Numbered from the stretch's first letter, positions 1 through 9,561 are shown. The stretch is DNA of 64,000 nucleotides from a candidate division TA06 bacterium 32_111 (GCA_001508335.1 LGFX01000003.1:75500-139499); one strand, 5' to 3'. Made by a program: numbers and translations. Notes: generated by a model from the sequence alone, not told the origin.

Positions 1-1566
1 AAAAGTGGAATACATTTTAAACTTCTGAACTCAAGCAAAGGACCTGCTGTATGGTCTTTAAGAGCGCAGATAGATTCTTCAACCTATCCAGCGAATGCAT
101 TAAAAATATTAAATGGTTTTAAAAACCTCACAATAGTTGAGGATGAGGTAACGGATATTTTGGTACAAAGCGATAGGGTGATTGGAGTTAAATTGGAAAA
201 AGGACAAAATATCCAAACGAATTATGTTGTAATATGTTCTGGAACTTTTCTCGGTGGAAAAATATTCATCGGGAACGAACAGATAACAGGTGGAAGATTC
301 TCTGAAAAGAACTCCCAAAAACTTTCAGAATCTCTGAAAAGTATAGGGATTAAACTGATAAGATTGAAAACTGGAACAAGTCCAAGGTTAAAGAAAAACA
401 GTGTTGATTTTTCAAAAATGGAAGAACAAAAAGGGGAAGAGGATGTTGGAACTTTTTCGATTCTGACAGATAAGGTTGAAAACAGGATATCATGCTACAT
501 TACAAGAACAAACGAAAAAACACACAAAACGATCAGGGATAACCTTCACCTTTCAGCACTCTATTCTGGAAACATAGAGGGTAAAGGACCAAGATATTGT
601 CCTTCTCTTGAAGATAAGGTTGTAAAATTTTCTGAAAGAAAATCTCATACTATATTCATTGAGCCTATGGGTGTTGATAATGAAATCGTTTATGTTAACG
701 GTGCATCATCATCCCTACCTGTGGATATACAACTTGAGTACATTCATAGTATCAAGGGTCTTGAAAAGAGTGTTTTCATTCAACCCGGATACGCTATAGA
801 GTATGATGCCTTAAAAAGTAAACAGATAAAACCAACCCTTGAACATAAAAATATAAAAGGGCTATTTTTTGCCGGACAGATAAATGGAACAAGCGGATAT
901 GAGGAAGCAGCAGCACAGGGTTATGTTGCAGGTTTAAACGCTTCTCTATCTTACATGAAAAAAGAAGAGATAATATTTGATAGATTTAATTCCTATATTG
1001 GAGTTTTGATAGATGACATTATAAAAAAGGATCTAACGGAACCTTACAGATTGTTCACCTCAAGGTCAGAAAATAGGTTATATTTAAGACAGGATAACTC
1101 CTTCGTTAGATTAAAAGATATAGCAGAAAAGATAAATATAGATGATGAAAGAAGAAAACTTTACAAAAAAATTTTCGAAGAGAGTGAAGAGTTAAAAAAA
1201 ATTATCTATAAAGATCCGGATAATTTTATTTTAAAGAGTGAATACGAATTTTTAAAGGATCCTTCATATCCTTTTGAAAGTTTTAAAAAACTTTTCCCTC
1301 AATTTTCAACAAAAACTCTTCTTTTCATATACTCTGAAAACAAATATAGAGGTTACATAGAAAAATATAAAAGAATTACAAAAGTTGTTCTTGAAAACGG
1401 TGAAAGATTGATAAAAAATAAAAAAAGATTGTTGTCATCACCAATAATCTCAAAAGAGGCAAAAGAGATAATTTCCAAAACAGATGTTGAAAGGGTGAAG
1501 GACCTATATGGTATTATAGATCCATCTGACATTGAAAATATAATTATAATTTTGAAAAAAATCTAA
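1..1566 (+). CDS. mnmG: tRNA uridine 5-carboxymethylaminomethyl modification enzyme MnmG (GidA), 3' portion; 5' end lies upstream of window
   Basis: Frame 1 is open from nt 1 (KSGIHFKLLNSSKGPAVWSLRAQIDS...) and runs into ORF 160..1566. GidA-type segments RLKTGTSPRL, FAGQINGTSGYEEAAAQG and the C-terminal tail domain are present. Confidence 0.85.
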   Translation, partial: KSGIHFKLLNSSKGPAVWSLRAQIDSSTYPANALKILNGFKNLTIVEDEVTDILVQSDRVIGVKLEKGQNIQTNYVVICSGTFLGGKIFIGNEQITGGRFSEKNSQKLSESLKSIGIKLIRLKTGTSPRLKKNSVDFSKMEEQKGEEDVGTFSILTDKVENRISCYITRTNEKTHKTIRDNLHLSALYSGNIEGKGPRYCPSLEDKVVKFSERKSHTIFIEPMGVDNEIVYVNGASSSLPVDIQLEYIHSIKGLEKSVFIQPGYAIEYDALKSKQIKPTLEHKNIKGLFFAGQINGTSGYEEAAAQGYVAGLNASLSYMKKEEIIFDRFNSYIGVLIDDIIKKDLTEPYRLFTSRSENRLYLRQDNSFVRLKDIAEKINIDDERRKLYKKIFEESEELKKIIYKDPDNFILKSEYEFLKDPSYPFESFKKLFPQFSTKTLLFIYSENKYRGYIEKYKRITKVVLENGERLIKNKKRLLSSPIISKEAKEIISKTDVERVKDLYGIIDPSDIENIIIILKKI

Positions 1567-1845
1567 TCAACTACAAGAAGAACATGACCCGGAACAGTTC
1601 CCCCCAGAACAGTTTGATTTCCCTTTATCATTCTCCTTTTTATTATGTGAATGAGAATTACCATTATTTTTGTAATCGTTTACATAGAAACCCGAACCTT
1701 TGAAGATAATATTTGAATTGTAACTTAGAATCTTTTCAGAAAGAGAGTTGCATTCTGGACATCTAACCTTTGGAGTATCTGACATTTTATGAAAAACATT
1801 AAAAACAAGACCACATTTTTTACATTTATAATCATAGTTTGGCAT
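1567..1845 (-). CDS. FmdB-family zinc-ribbon protein (CxxC_CxxC_SSSS type) with Ser/Cys/Gly-rich tail
   Basis: MPNYDYKCKKCGLVF...VRCPECNS; GGAG lies 8 nt upstream of the ATG at 1845; the longer ORF start at 1857 has no RBS. Confidence 0.7.
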   Translation of the reverse strand: MPNYDYKCKKCGLVFNVFHKMSDTPKVRCPECNSLSEKILSYNSNIIFKGSGFYVNDYKNNGNSHSHNKKENDKGKSNCSGGNCSGSCSSCS

Positions 1846-1864
1846 TTTTCGCTCCATTATAGTT

Positions 1865-1887
1865 GATGGCGGGATAAACCCGCCATC
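1865..1887. terminator. GC-rich hairpin (gatggcggg-ataaa-cccgccatc) followed by T-run, downstream of groEL
   Basis: Perfect 9-bp stem with 5-nt loop, then cttattttt; lies between the groEL stop (1899) and the FmdB gene. Confidence 0.5.
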
Positions 1888-1898
1888 CTTATTTTTAA

Positions 1899-3545
1899 TT
1901 AATACATTCCTCCGTATCCACCGCCTGCTGGTGGCATCATTGGCTGTTTTTCCTCTTCTTTCTTTTCAGCAATCATGCATTCTGTTGTGAGAAGCAGTGA
2001 TGCAACTGACGCTGCATTTTCAAGCGCTGATCTTGAAACCTTTGTTGGGTCTATAACACCAGCCTCAACCATATCTTCAATCTTTCCTGAAAGAACGTTG
2101 AAGCCTTCATTCTTCTTTGCACTTTTCACTTGATTGACTATAACTGCATCCTCTTCACCAGCGTTTTTAACTATCATTCTTATTGGCTCTTCAAGTGCTT
2201 TCTTAATTATTTCAGCACCGATTTTTTCATCATCATTTGAAAACTCTATTTTGTCTATACCTTTTAAAGTTCTTAGATATGCTGTTCCACCACCTGGAAC
2301 TATACCCTCTTCAACAGCTGCTTTTGTTGCATGCAAAGCATCCTCAACTCTTGCTTTCTTCTCTTTCATTTCAACTTCGGTTGGGGCACCAACATTTATC
2401 ACAGCAACTCCACCTGCGAGTTTTGCCAACCTTTCCTGCAATTTTTCTTTATCATAATCACTTGTTGTTTCCTGTATCTGTTTTTTTATCTGTGATATTC
2501 TTGCATCTATATCACTCTTCTTACCTTTTCCATCAACTATTGTAGTGTTCTCTTTATCAACGGTTACCTTTTCACACTGTCCAAGATCTCTTAACTGAAC
2601 AGACTCAAGTTTCATTCCCTGCTCCTCAGATATAACTCTTCCGCCTGTAACAATCGCTATATCCTGAAGCATCTCTTTTCTTCTATCTCCATAACCTGGT
2701 GCCTTAACAGCACATGCGTTCAATGTTCCTCTCAACTTGTTTACAACCAATGTAGCGAGAGGTTCACCTTCAACGTCCTCTGCTATTATAAGTAAAGGTT
2801 TTCCAGACTGGGCTACCTGCTCAAGAATCGGAAGAACCTCTTTCATGTTTGAAATCTTTTTATCAGTTATAAGAAGGTATGGTTTTTCAAGTTCAACGAT
2901 CATTTTTTCAGCGTTTGTTATAAAGTAAGGAGAGAGATAACCTCTATCAAACTGCATACCTTCAACAAATTCAAGTTCCATTTTGTTTGATTTTCCCTCT
3001 TCAACGGTAATGACTCCATCCTTTCCAGCCTTATCCATCGCTTCAGCAATAATGTCACCTATCGAATTATCATTGTTTGCTGAAATGGATGCAACCTGTG
3101 CTATCTCCTTTTTGTCCTTTGTCTCTTTCGAGAGTTTTTTCAACTCTTCAACAACCACTTCAACAGCCTTATCTATACCTCTTTTAACAAGAATCGGATT
3201 TCTTCCCGCTGTTATATGTTTTAAACCTTCCCTGTATATAGCCTGAGCAAGAACTGTTGCGGTTGTTGTCCCATCACCAGCAACATCGGATGTTTTTGAT
3301 GCTACCTCTTTAACCATCTGTGCACCCATATTTTCAAAAGGATCTTCAAGTTCTATCTCTTTAGCAACGGTTACACCATCTTTTGTTATAGTTGGTGCAC
3401 CGAACTTTTTTTCTATTGCAACATTCCTTCCTTTGGGACCAAGAGTTACTCTAACTGCATTTGCAAGCTTATTTACTCCTTCAAGAATTTTTCTTTGTGC
3501 TTCATCACTATAAATTATCTCTTTTGATGTCATCATTACCTCCAT
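1899..3545 (-). CDS. groL: Chaperonin GroEL (Cpn60)
   Basis: 548 aa; [39 protein letters not shown]-terminal GGM-type tail (AGGGYGGMY). Confidence 0.97.
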   Translation of the reverse strand: MEVMMTSKEIIYSDEAQRKILEGVNKLANAVRVTLGPKGRNVAIEKKFGAPTITKDGVTVAKEIELEDPFENMGAQMVKEVASKTSDVAGDGTTTATVLAQAIYREGLKHITAGRNPILVKRGIDKAVEVVVEELKKLSKETKDKKEIAQVASISANNDNSIGDIIAEAMDKAGKDGVITVEEGKSNKMELEFVEGMQFDRGYLSPYFITNAEKMIVELEKPYLLITDKKISNMKEVLPILEQVAQSGKPLLIIAEDVEGEPLATLVVNKLRGTLNACAVKAPGYGDRRKEMLQDIAIVTGGRVISEEQGMKLESVQLRDLGQCEKVTVDKENTTIVDGKGKKSDIDARISQIKKQIQETTSDYDKEKLQERLAKLAGGVAVINVGAPTEVEMKEKKARVEDALHATKAAVEEGIVPGGGTAYLRTLKGIDKIEFSNDDEKIGAEIIKKALEEPIRMIVKNAGEEDAVIVNQVKSAKKNEGFNVLSGKIEDMVEAGVIDPTKVSRSALENAASVASLLLTTECMIAEKKEEEKQPMMPPAGGGYGGMY

Positions 3546-3833
3546 TTATTTATTTATTATTGCAAGGATATCTGTTGAGTCCATAATAACATACTCAACA
3601 CCATCGATTTCTATATCGGTTCCCGCATACTTTCCAAAAAGAACTATGTCACCAGGTTTAACATCAGCATCTTTTCCATCAGGTTTTTTGGAAGCTGCAA
3701 TCACCTCTCCCTGCTGTGGTTTCTCTTTTGCGGTATCTGGAATTATTATGGAACCTTTCTTAACCTCTTTCTCTTCGATCCTCTTTATCAGGATCTTTCC
3801 GTTGATAGGTTGTATTTTGCTCTCCTTTGCCAT
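3546..3833 (-). CDS. groS: Co-chaperonin GroES (Cpn10)
   Basis: 95 aa; IQPINGKILIKRIEEKE...GEVIAASKK...GDIVLFGKYAGTDIE; stop abuts the groEL start; GGAGG RBS. Confidence 0.95.
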   Translation of the reverse strand: MAKESKIQPINGKILIKRIEEKEVKKGSIIIPDTAKEKPQQGEVIAASKKPDGKDADVKPGDIVLFGKYAGTDIEIDGVEYVIMDSTDILAIINK

Positions 3834-3890
3834 AACTATACCTCCTTTTATTTATTTAAAAAGAAAAATACCTTTACTTATAGTGCAATA

Positions 3891-3918
3891 AATTTAATTT
3901 TAAAAAAGGGGTTGTCAA
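3891..3918 (-). promoter_or_regulatory. Candidate sigma70 promoter for groES-groEL (TTGACA-16-TAAATT, minus strand); no CIRCE element recognisable
   Basis: Minus-strand read: cttttaggacTTGACAaccccttttttaaaatTAAATTtattgcact; about 57 nt before the groES ATG. Confidence 0.4.
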
Positions 3919-3921
3919 GTC

Positions 3922-4116
3922 CTAAAAGAATTTTTTATATGGACATGAAAAACATTTTATAAGTTTTTTCTTATCCTTTCTTATTCTGTAACCTTTATTT
4001 TTTGCATAACTTATAATGTAATCGAGAAAAGGTTCATCTATATTGAACTTTTTTGTCAACTCCTTTGTTGAAACCAACCTTTTTTCCAAAATATAATTTA
4101 TAATTTCCTCTATCAT
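3922..4116 (-). CDS. FeoC-like small winged-helix protein with C-terminal Cys motif
   Basis: 64 aa; IINYILEKRLVSTKELTKKFNIDEPFLDYIISYAKNKGY then CFSCP (compare E. coli FeoC CKSCP); 4-nt overlap with the feoB stop. Confidence 0.5.
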   Translation of the reverse strand: MIEEIINYILEKRLVSTKELTKKFNIDEPFLDYIISYAKNKGYRIRKDKKKLIKCFSCPYKKFF

Positions 4117-6080
4117 ATTATTAAGAGTAAAATATACCTTACTAAAAATGAGATTATGTATGCAAAAACTATTGAATACAATACTATTCCGAAAAGGTAG
4201 AGGTATGAACCTGTTTCCTGTTTAATAACCACAGCTGTCGCTATACAGGGTAAGTAAATCATAAGAAAAAGAAGGAAAACGAAACCATCAACTTTATTCC
4301 ATCTGCTTGCGATAACCTTTTCCAGTTGCTCTCCTTTATAGAGAACACCGAGAGTTGAAACAACAGATTCTTTTGCGAAAAAACCTGTTATAAGTGAAAC
4401 GGTTCTCTCAACATCGAAACCGAGAGGTTTAAAGAGAAAATCAATCTTTTCACCAGCAATCTTTATAAAACCACCCTCAACATCTTTTGGAAAATAGGAA
4501 AGAAGAAAAATTATTATCGTTATAATAAATATCAAACTCCCTGCTCTTTTCAAAAAGTCTTTTACTTTGAAATATGAGTTTATAAGTAAGTTTTTCAATG
4601 TTGGAAGATGGTAATCTGGAAGTTCCATTATCAATCCTTCACTTTTTTCCTTTAAAATGAATCTGTCTATTATAAATCCTGAAAAAATCGCAAAAAGGAT
4701 AGATAATAAAAATAGTGAAAAAATTACAAGGAAACTCCACTTTCCAAAAAGTATCGCACCAAGAAATATCAGAACCGTTAAACGGGAAGAGCATGGAATG
4801 AAGGGAATAATAAGAATCGTTTTTATCCTGTCTTTTGGTGTATCGAGAACTCTTGTTGAAAGAACAGCGGGAACGGAACATCCAAAACCTAAAACTAAAG
4901 ATATGAAAGATTTTCCATGAAGACCTATTTTATGCATAAATCTATCCATTATGAAAACAACTCTCGCCATATAACCTGTATCCTCAAGAAAACCAAGAAA
5001 AATGTACATAAAAAATATATATGGAAGTAAAGTTATTACGGATCCAACTCCTCCAACTATTCCTTCGGTTAAAAATGATAAGAGAAATCCTCCTTTTATA
5101 ACCTTTGTTAGTAAAAAAGAAAGTTTTTCAAAAAGAAAAGTAAGAAAATTTGAAAAAATATCCCCAAGAAAAAATGTTATAAAGAATATAAACAAAAATG
5201 TTATAAAAAAAATAGGAATAGAAAAGAATCTATTCAAAAGTGTGTTATCCACCTCTTCAGTCAAACTTTTCTTATCGGAGAATTCTTTTTTTGTTACCTC
5301 TCCAACTATACCTCTACTCAAAGAGTAAAACCAGTCGAGTGTTAAAAAATCTATCTTTTTTATATTTTTGTAAACTTCATCAACAATACTTTTTATTTTA
5401 GAAAGATCCTCTTCTCTTAAAATTTTAAAAATTGATGGAACAAAATTTTTATCATTTTCTATGATTTTCAAAGAGTAAAATTTTGGATGTTTTTCAAACT
5501 CTTTATATTTTATCAGAATTTCTGATAACTTTTCAATGTGAAGATAAACTTTATCGCTAACTTTAAAATACTTCGTTTCACAAACCTTTTTGTTTACGTT
5601 ATTTTTTATTAACCTTTTTAACTCATCAACCCCTTCTCCATTTTTAACGGAACCAAAAACTATATCGCACGAGAAAATACTTTTCATTTTTTCGAAATCT
5701 ATTTTTATTTTCTTACTTCTTGCAACATCCATCTTATTTACAAAAAATATTAAAGGTATATCGAGAAAAAAAAGTTGTAGAGAGAGAAAAAGTGACCTTT
5801 CGAGATTTGAACCATCAAGAATATTTACTATCAAAGATGGGGATGAACTTAAAAGATAATCCAAAGAAATCTTTTCATCTATACTTGTTGGAGTTAAACC
5901 GTAACAACCTGGAAGATCAACAACTTCAAATTTTTTATCATCTATAAAGAAAAAACCTTCCTTCTTTTCAACCGTAACCCCGGGCCAGTTTCCAACAGTC
6001 TGGTCCAAACCTGTTAAACTGTTAAAAAGGGAAGATTTTCCACTGTTAGGTTGTCCTACTATAACTATCTTCTCACTCAT
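4113..6080 (-). CDS. feoB: Ferrous iron transporter FeoB (G-domain plus polytopic membrane domain)
   Basis: 655 aa; G1 GQPNSGKSSLFN, DLPGCYGL, NKMD; long hydrophobic C-terminal half. Confidence 0.93.
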   Translation of the reverse strand: MSEKIVIVGQPNSGKSSLFNSLTGLDQTVGNWPGVTVEKKEGFFFIDDKKFEVVDLPGCYGLTPTSIDEKISLDYLLSSSPSLIVNILDGSNLERSLFLSLQLFFLDIPLIFFVNKMDVARSKKIKIDFEKMKSIFSCDIVFGSVKNGEGVDELKRLIKNNVNKKVCETKYFKVSDKVYLHIEKLSEILIKYKEFEKHPKFYSLKIIENDKNFVPSIFKILREEDLSKIKSIVDEVYKNIKKIDFLTLDWFYSLSRGIVGEVTKKEFSDKKSLTEEVDNTLLNRFFSIPIFFITFLFIFFITFFLGDIFSNFLTFLFEKLSFLLTKVIKGGFLLSFLTEGIVGGVGSVITLLPYIFFMYIFLGFLEDTGYMARVVFIMDRFMHKIGLHGKSFISLVLGFGCSVPAVLSTRVLDTPKDRIKTILIIPFIPCSSRLTVLIFLGAILFGKWSFLVIFSLFLLSILFAIFSGFIIDRFILKEKSEGLIMELPDYHLPTLKNLLINSYFKVKDFLKRAGSLIFIITIIIFLLSYFPKDVEGGFIKIAGEKIDFLFKPLGFDVERTVSLITGFFAKESVVSTLGVLYKGEQLEKVIASRWNKVDGFVFLLFLMIYLPCIATAVVIKQETGSYLYLFGIVLYSIVFAYIISFLVRYILLLII

Positions 6081-6298
6081 AATTTCTCAACTTCAATCCT
6101 TGAAGCCATCATCCTTCCAATTACTATTTTTGAACCATCCTGTTTTATTATAAGTGGACCTCTACCATCATTTTTTAAAACTTCAATAAAACACTCTTCC
6201 GTTATACCCATATTTTTAACCTTACAAACAAAATTTGCACCACCAAAAAGTGATAACACTTTAGCCTTTTCACCTTGTCTTAGATCCGTCAGTTTCAT
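6077..6298 (-). CDS. feoA: Ferrous iron transport protein FeoA
   Basis: MKLTDLRQGEKAKVLSLFGG...GRGPLIIKQDGSKIVIGRMMASRIEV; start chosen at the MKLTDL Met inside ORF 6077..6382; overlaps feoB by 4 nt. Confidence 0.8.
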   Translation of the reverse strand: MKLTDLRQGEKAKVLSLFGGANFVCKVKNMGITEECFIEVLKNDGRGPLIIKQDGSKIVIGRMMASRIEVEKL

Positions 6299-6704
6299 CC
6301 TTTTCTCCATAAAGAACAATCTTGGTTCTTTCGTTAAAATTTTTTGAAATCTTTTCCATCCTTTCATATATATTCTTATCAACTATATGCTCTATCTCAC
6401 AAGCTATCTTCTGTGCATCTACATTTTCAACTTCAAAAATTTTTTCAACAAACTCTGTTATTATTTTGTGTTTTTTGTAAACATTTTTAGCCTTCCTCTC
6501 TCCATCCTTTGTCAAACTTACGTAACCATACTTTTCCTGAACTATAAGTCCCTCTTCCTTCAATATGGACAGAGCGTTAACTATAGAGGGTTTTGAGACA
6601 TTTAAAACTTTTTGAATATCTTTCACACGACAGAAATTTTTTCCTTCACTTGCTATGTATATCGCTTCGATATAATCTTCCAAACTTTTAGATAATTTTT
6701 TCAT
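6270..6704 (-). CDS. DtxR/MntR-family metal-dependent transcriptional repressor
   Basis: 144 aa; EDYIEAIYIASEGKNFCRVKDIQKVLNVSKPSIVNALSILKEEGLI (wHTH) plus a metal-binding helical domain; first gene of the feoAB block. Confidence 0.8.
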   Translation of the reverse strand: MKKLSKSLEDYIEAIYIASEGKNFCRVKDIQKVLNVSKPSIVNALSILKEEGLIVQEKYGYVSLTKDGERKAKNVYKKHKIITEFVEKIFEVENVDAQKIACEIEHIVDKNIYERMEKISKNFNERTKIVLYGEKDETDGSKTR

Positions 6705-6718
6705 AAAACTCCAAAATG

Positions 6719-6732
6719 TTAGTTTTGACTAA
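6719..6732. promoter_or_regulatory. Candidate operator TTAGTtttgACTAA just upstream of the dtxR-family/feoAB transcription unit
   Basis: Inverted repeat TTAGT-N4-ACTAA lies 15-28 nt upstream of the repressor start codon; half-sites resemble the DtxR/IdeR TTAGG/CCTAA type. Confidence 0.3.
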
Positions 6733-6816
6733 TAAAGTTTAATTAAATTAAAAATAAAGTCAACCCCTATTGATTTTTTTTTCATTTTGTTGTAAATTAT
6801 AAATAAAGGAGGGATA

Positions 6817-7020
6817 TTGGCAATAAACGTAAACTCTCGTTTTGGTTTCAGATTTTTAGGAGACCTTAAAAGTAAAATCTATCATGATCTTTACAACGAA
6901 AAACATGATTGTAAGGTTAACCAGATAATAATTTCCGGAAACGGTGTCAGGTTTGAGCCAGATAACGAGGAACAGGCGGAGAAGGAAGGTTTTTCCAAAT
7001 GTAGTAACTGTATGAATTAG
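6817..7020 (+). CDS. Small hypothetical protein (67 aa) with C-terminal CxxC
   Basis: TTG start 4 nt after AAGGAGGG; ...EGFSKCSNCMN; no recognisable family. Confidence 0.35.
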   Translation: MAINVNSRFGFRFLGDLKSKIYHDLYNEKHDCKVNQIIISGNGVRFEPDNEEQAEKEGFSKCSNCMN

Positions 7021-7060
7021 AAGTTGAATTTTTTCTTTTAAAATGTTATAATTTCATCCA

Positions 7061-9010
7061 ATGAAATATTTTAAAATTTTCATTTTTTGTTTTTTTATTT
7101 CATCTTTTTTAAATGGTGAAAGAATACTTGTTATATTCAAAAATCTTCCAAAAAATCTTGAAACAAAAAATCTGATAAAAAAAAATGAAAAGTATAAATT
7201 CATCGTTCTGGATTCTGATGTTGAAAGTGCAAAAGAACTTTTTCCAGATGCAATAAGTGTTTGCAAAGAACCAAAAGTAAAAGCTTTCTATGATCCAAAC
7301 GACACATACTTTTCATACCAATGGTCTTTGAGTGAAAAACATTACAACCTTTCATACATTCTTGATTCAAAAGTTGATGGAGATGGAGTGAGGATAGGAA
7401 TTCTTGATACAGGATGCGCTTATGAAGATTTTTCAATACCTTCAAACGAATCCTCTTTGGTTACCTCAACGGATGGGAAATACCATAAATTTTCAGATTT
7501 TGATAATATAAATTTTATCCTCCCATACGACTTTGTTAACGATGAAAACCATCCAAACGATATGAATGGACATGGAACAGCAGTTACTTCAGTTATAGCA
7601 AGTCACATAAACAACAGTTTTGCAACGGCAGGAATAGTATCCTCTCCAACAGTCTTGGTTTTAAGGGTTCTTGATGAAAAGGGAGAGGGAAATCTCACAG
7701 ATATAGTTGATGCTATAGAATATGGTGTGGCAAACGGATGCAAAGTTTTAAATCTTTCACTTGGGGGACCAGCAGGAGATTCAACAGGCTGGACACCTTT
7801 GCATCAGGCAATAATAAATGCAAGGAACAATGGAGTTGCTGTTGTTTGTGCATCTGGAAATGAAGGTGTGGGGCAACTATCCTATCCGGCAGGGTTTGAA
7901 GAGGCAATATCGTGTGGAGCGGTTGATTACAACTTTACCAGAACTTATTATTCACAGTATGGAACCAATCTTGATTTTGTTGCACCAGGAGGTGTAGTTT
8001 ATCAGGACAATAATGGTGATGGTGATTATGATGGAGGAATTCTTGCTCCAATGATAGAAATAACTGACTCCTTAGCAAATGTCTCAAACTTTTATCTTTA
8101 TTGGCTTGAAGGGACATCCTTTTCAACACCTCATCTTTCATCTCTTTTCGCTTTAATGTTCTCCATTGGATACAACCTTGAAGAGATAGTTGACATATTC
8201 ATCTCCAATGCCCTTGATCTTGGAAACTCAGGTTATGATAGCGAGTACGGATACGGTTACGTAAAACCTGATTACATATTCAAACAGGATATTTTAACGA
8301 AAAGTATAAACTACTCTTCCCTTTCAAACCTGATAACTTTTTCCTTTTTTATAAAAAACGATTCTATCATAATAGATTCCTTCAAACTGAAAAGTTTGTT
8401 TAAAGATGAAATTCTCAACTATCAAAAAGATGGAAAAATCTATACGATAGATCTTTCCGTAGAAAAATCTGGTATCTATAATCTTACCCTTTACGGGAAA
8501 AAGGATGGAACACCTTTCCTACAGGAAAAGAGTTTCGGGTTGAAAAATGTACTTGACAACTCCACTTTTATATTTGGTGGAGATATGACACTTTCAAGTA
8601 ACAACAGTTTTTTGTTATTCGATGATTCAAACAGTATAAAAATTAAAACAGATTCAAAAGTTAAAATCACAAAATACAGCAATGAAAGTGAAAGGTTAAA
8701 AGTTTTTTCAAATGATGTTGAGATCCCTGTTATAAGATATGAGGATAGGGTTGAATTCTATGTTGATAAAGACTCTTACTTGAGATTTTTCATCTCAAAC
8801 GAAAAATATGAAGTTTTTAAAAACACAAAAACATTTTTACTCAAAGATAAAGAGTTGAATTGGACAGGTGAAGAATATTTCATCTTTGATAGGAGTGGAA
8901 GGATAGTTGAAAAAGGAATATCAAAAAAAGTATCTTTTAAAAATTTACCTTACGGAATATACTTTTTAAAAGGAAAAGATATTTTATGGAAAATAGTAAA
9001 ACTATTTTAA
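7061..9010 (+). CDS. Secreted subtilisin-like serine protease (S8) with T9SS-type C-terminal sorting domain
   Basis: Signal peptide MKYFKIFIFCFFISSF. Catalytic D (GVRIGILDTGCAYE), H (HGTAVTSVIAS), S (GTSFSTPHLSSLFALM). C-terminus ...FDRSGRIVEKGISKKVSFKNLPYGIYFLKGKDILWKIVKLF matches the Por-secretion tail pattern. Confidence 0.85.
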   Translation: MKYFKIFIFCFFISSFLNGERILVIFKNLPKNLETKNLIKKNEKYKFIVLDSDVESAKELFPDAISVCKEPKVKAFYDPNDTYFSYQWSLSEKHYNLSYILDSKVDGDGVRIGILDTGCAYEDFSIPSNESSLVTSTDGKYHKFSDFDNINFILPYDFVNDENHPNDMNGHGTAVTSVIASHINNSFATAGIVSSPTVLVLRVLDEKGEGNLTDIVDAIEYGVANGCKVLNLSLGGPAGDSTGWTPLHQAIINARNNGVAVVCASGNEGVGQLSYPAGFEEAISCGAVDYNFTRTYYSQYGTNLDFVAPGGVVYQDNNGDGDYDGGILAPMIEITDSLANVSNFYLYWLEGTSFSTPHLSSLFALMFSIGYNLEEIVDIFISNALDLGNSGYDSEYGYGYVKPDYIFKQDILTKSINYSSLSNLITFSFFIKNDSIIIDSFKLKSLFKDEILNYQKDGKIYTIDLSVEKSGIYNLTLYGKKDGTPFLQEKSFGLKNVLDNSTFIFGGDMTLSSNNSFLLFDDSNSIKIKTDSKVKITKYSNESERLKVFSNDVEIPVIRYEDRVEFYVDKDSYLRFFISNEKYEVFKNTKTFLLKDKELNWTGEEYFIFDRSGRIVEKGISKKVSFKNLPYGIYFLKGKDILWKIVKLF

Positions 9011-9561
9011 TCCTTCTTTTGCTTATCTTAATATCTTCATGTTCCCTCTTTTCTCCAAAAGAGAATCTTGAAGATGGCTGGGTTTATGTAAAAGAAAAAG
9101 ATTATGCAAACGCTTTAAAAAAGTTCAGAATAGACTATGAAAAGTATCCCGATTCTTTAGATATAATCTGTGGAATGTTTTATATCCATTTTTTGTATGG
9201 AAAGGAAGATTCTGCAAAAAAATATCTTGAAAAATCTTTTGAAAATTCGAAAGAGGATGATAAAACTCTCTTTATTGGAGGTTTCTATTACAGAGAAAAG
9301 GATTACGATTCAACAAACTATTTTTATGAAAAGTATGTTGAAAAAAATTCTCCATTATATGATCCTTACATAATCTCAACAACAATAACATCGAACTCTT
9401 TCCATAAAATTGGATTATCATCAGAGTATTTAACAAAAAATTATCAGTTCGTTTATGATGTTTTAAAAAGTATCACAGACATTCCAGACTCTCTGGATGT
9501 TAACAACGAAGCGGATAGAATAAAAATTTTTGAATATATAAACGGTTTGGAGGAGTCATGA
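8986..9561 (+). CDS. Lipoprotein with TPR-like repeats (hypothetical)
   Basis: Lipobox LILISSCSL; repeated YxxALxxF/YY..EKDYD motifs. Confidence 0.5.
   Translation: MENSKTILILLLLILISSCSLFSPKENLEDGWVYVKEKDYANALKKFRIDYEKYPDSLDIICGMFYIHFLYGKEDSAKKYLEKSFENSKEDDKTLFIGGFYYREKDYDSTNYFYEKYVEKNSPLYDPYIISTTITSNSFHKIGLSSEYLTKNYQFVYDVLKSITDIPDSLDVNNEADRIKIFEYINGLEES

Noticed and set aside
1567-1700. Cys/Ser/Gly-rich C-terminal tail of the FmdB protein (NCSGGNCSGSCSSCS) as a possible RiPP core peptide
   Set aside because: Ser/Cys-rich tails are typical of the FmdB zinc-ribbon family itself (the CxxC_CxxC_SSSS type). No radical-SAM, cyclodehydratase, lanthionine-synthetase or protease/transporter genes are nearby.
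2134-3246. Several 60-110-aa ORFs antisense to groEL, feoB, the M28 peptidase, V-ATPase genes and others
   Set aside because: They lie inside well-supported genes on the opposite strand and have repetitive low-complexity translations typical of antisense frames in AT-rich DNA.
3834-3921. Looked for a CIRCE (TTAGCACTC-N9-GAGTGCTAA) HrcA operator upstream of groES
   Set aside because: Only a partial half-site (ttattgcact) is present, with no matching second half. A plain TTGACA-16-TAAATT promoter is all that can be supported.
6270-6382. Long FeoA ORF (6077..6382) overlapping the DtxR-family gene by >100 nt
   Set aside because: FeoA-family proteins are ~75 aa and begin at the internal MKLTDL motif. 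The long form is probably an artefact of the open frame, so the start was set at 6298.
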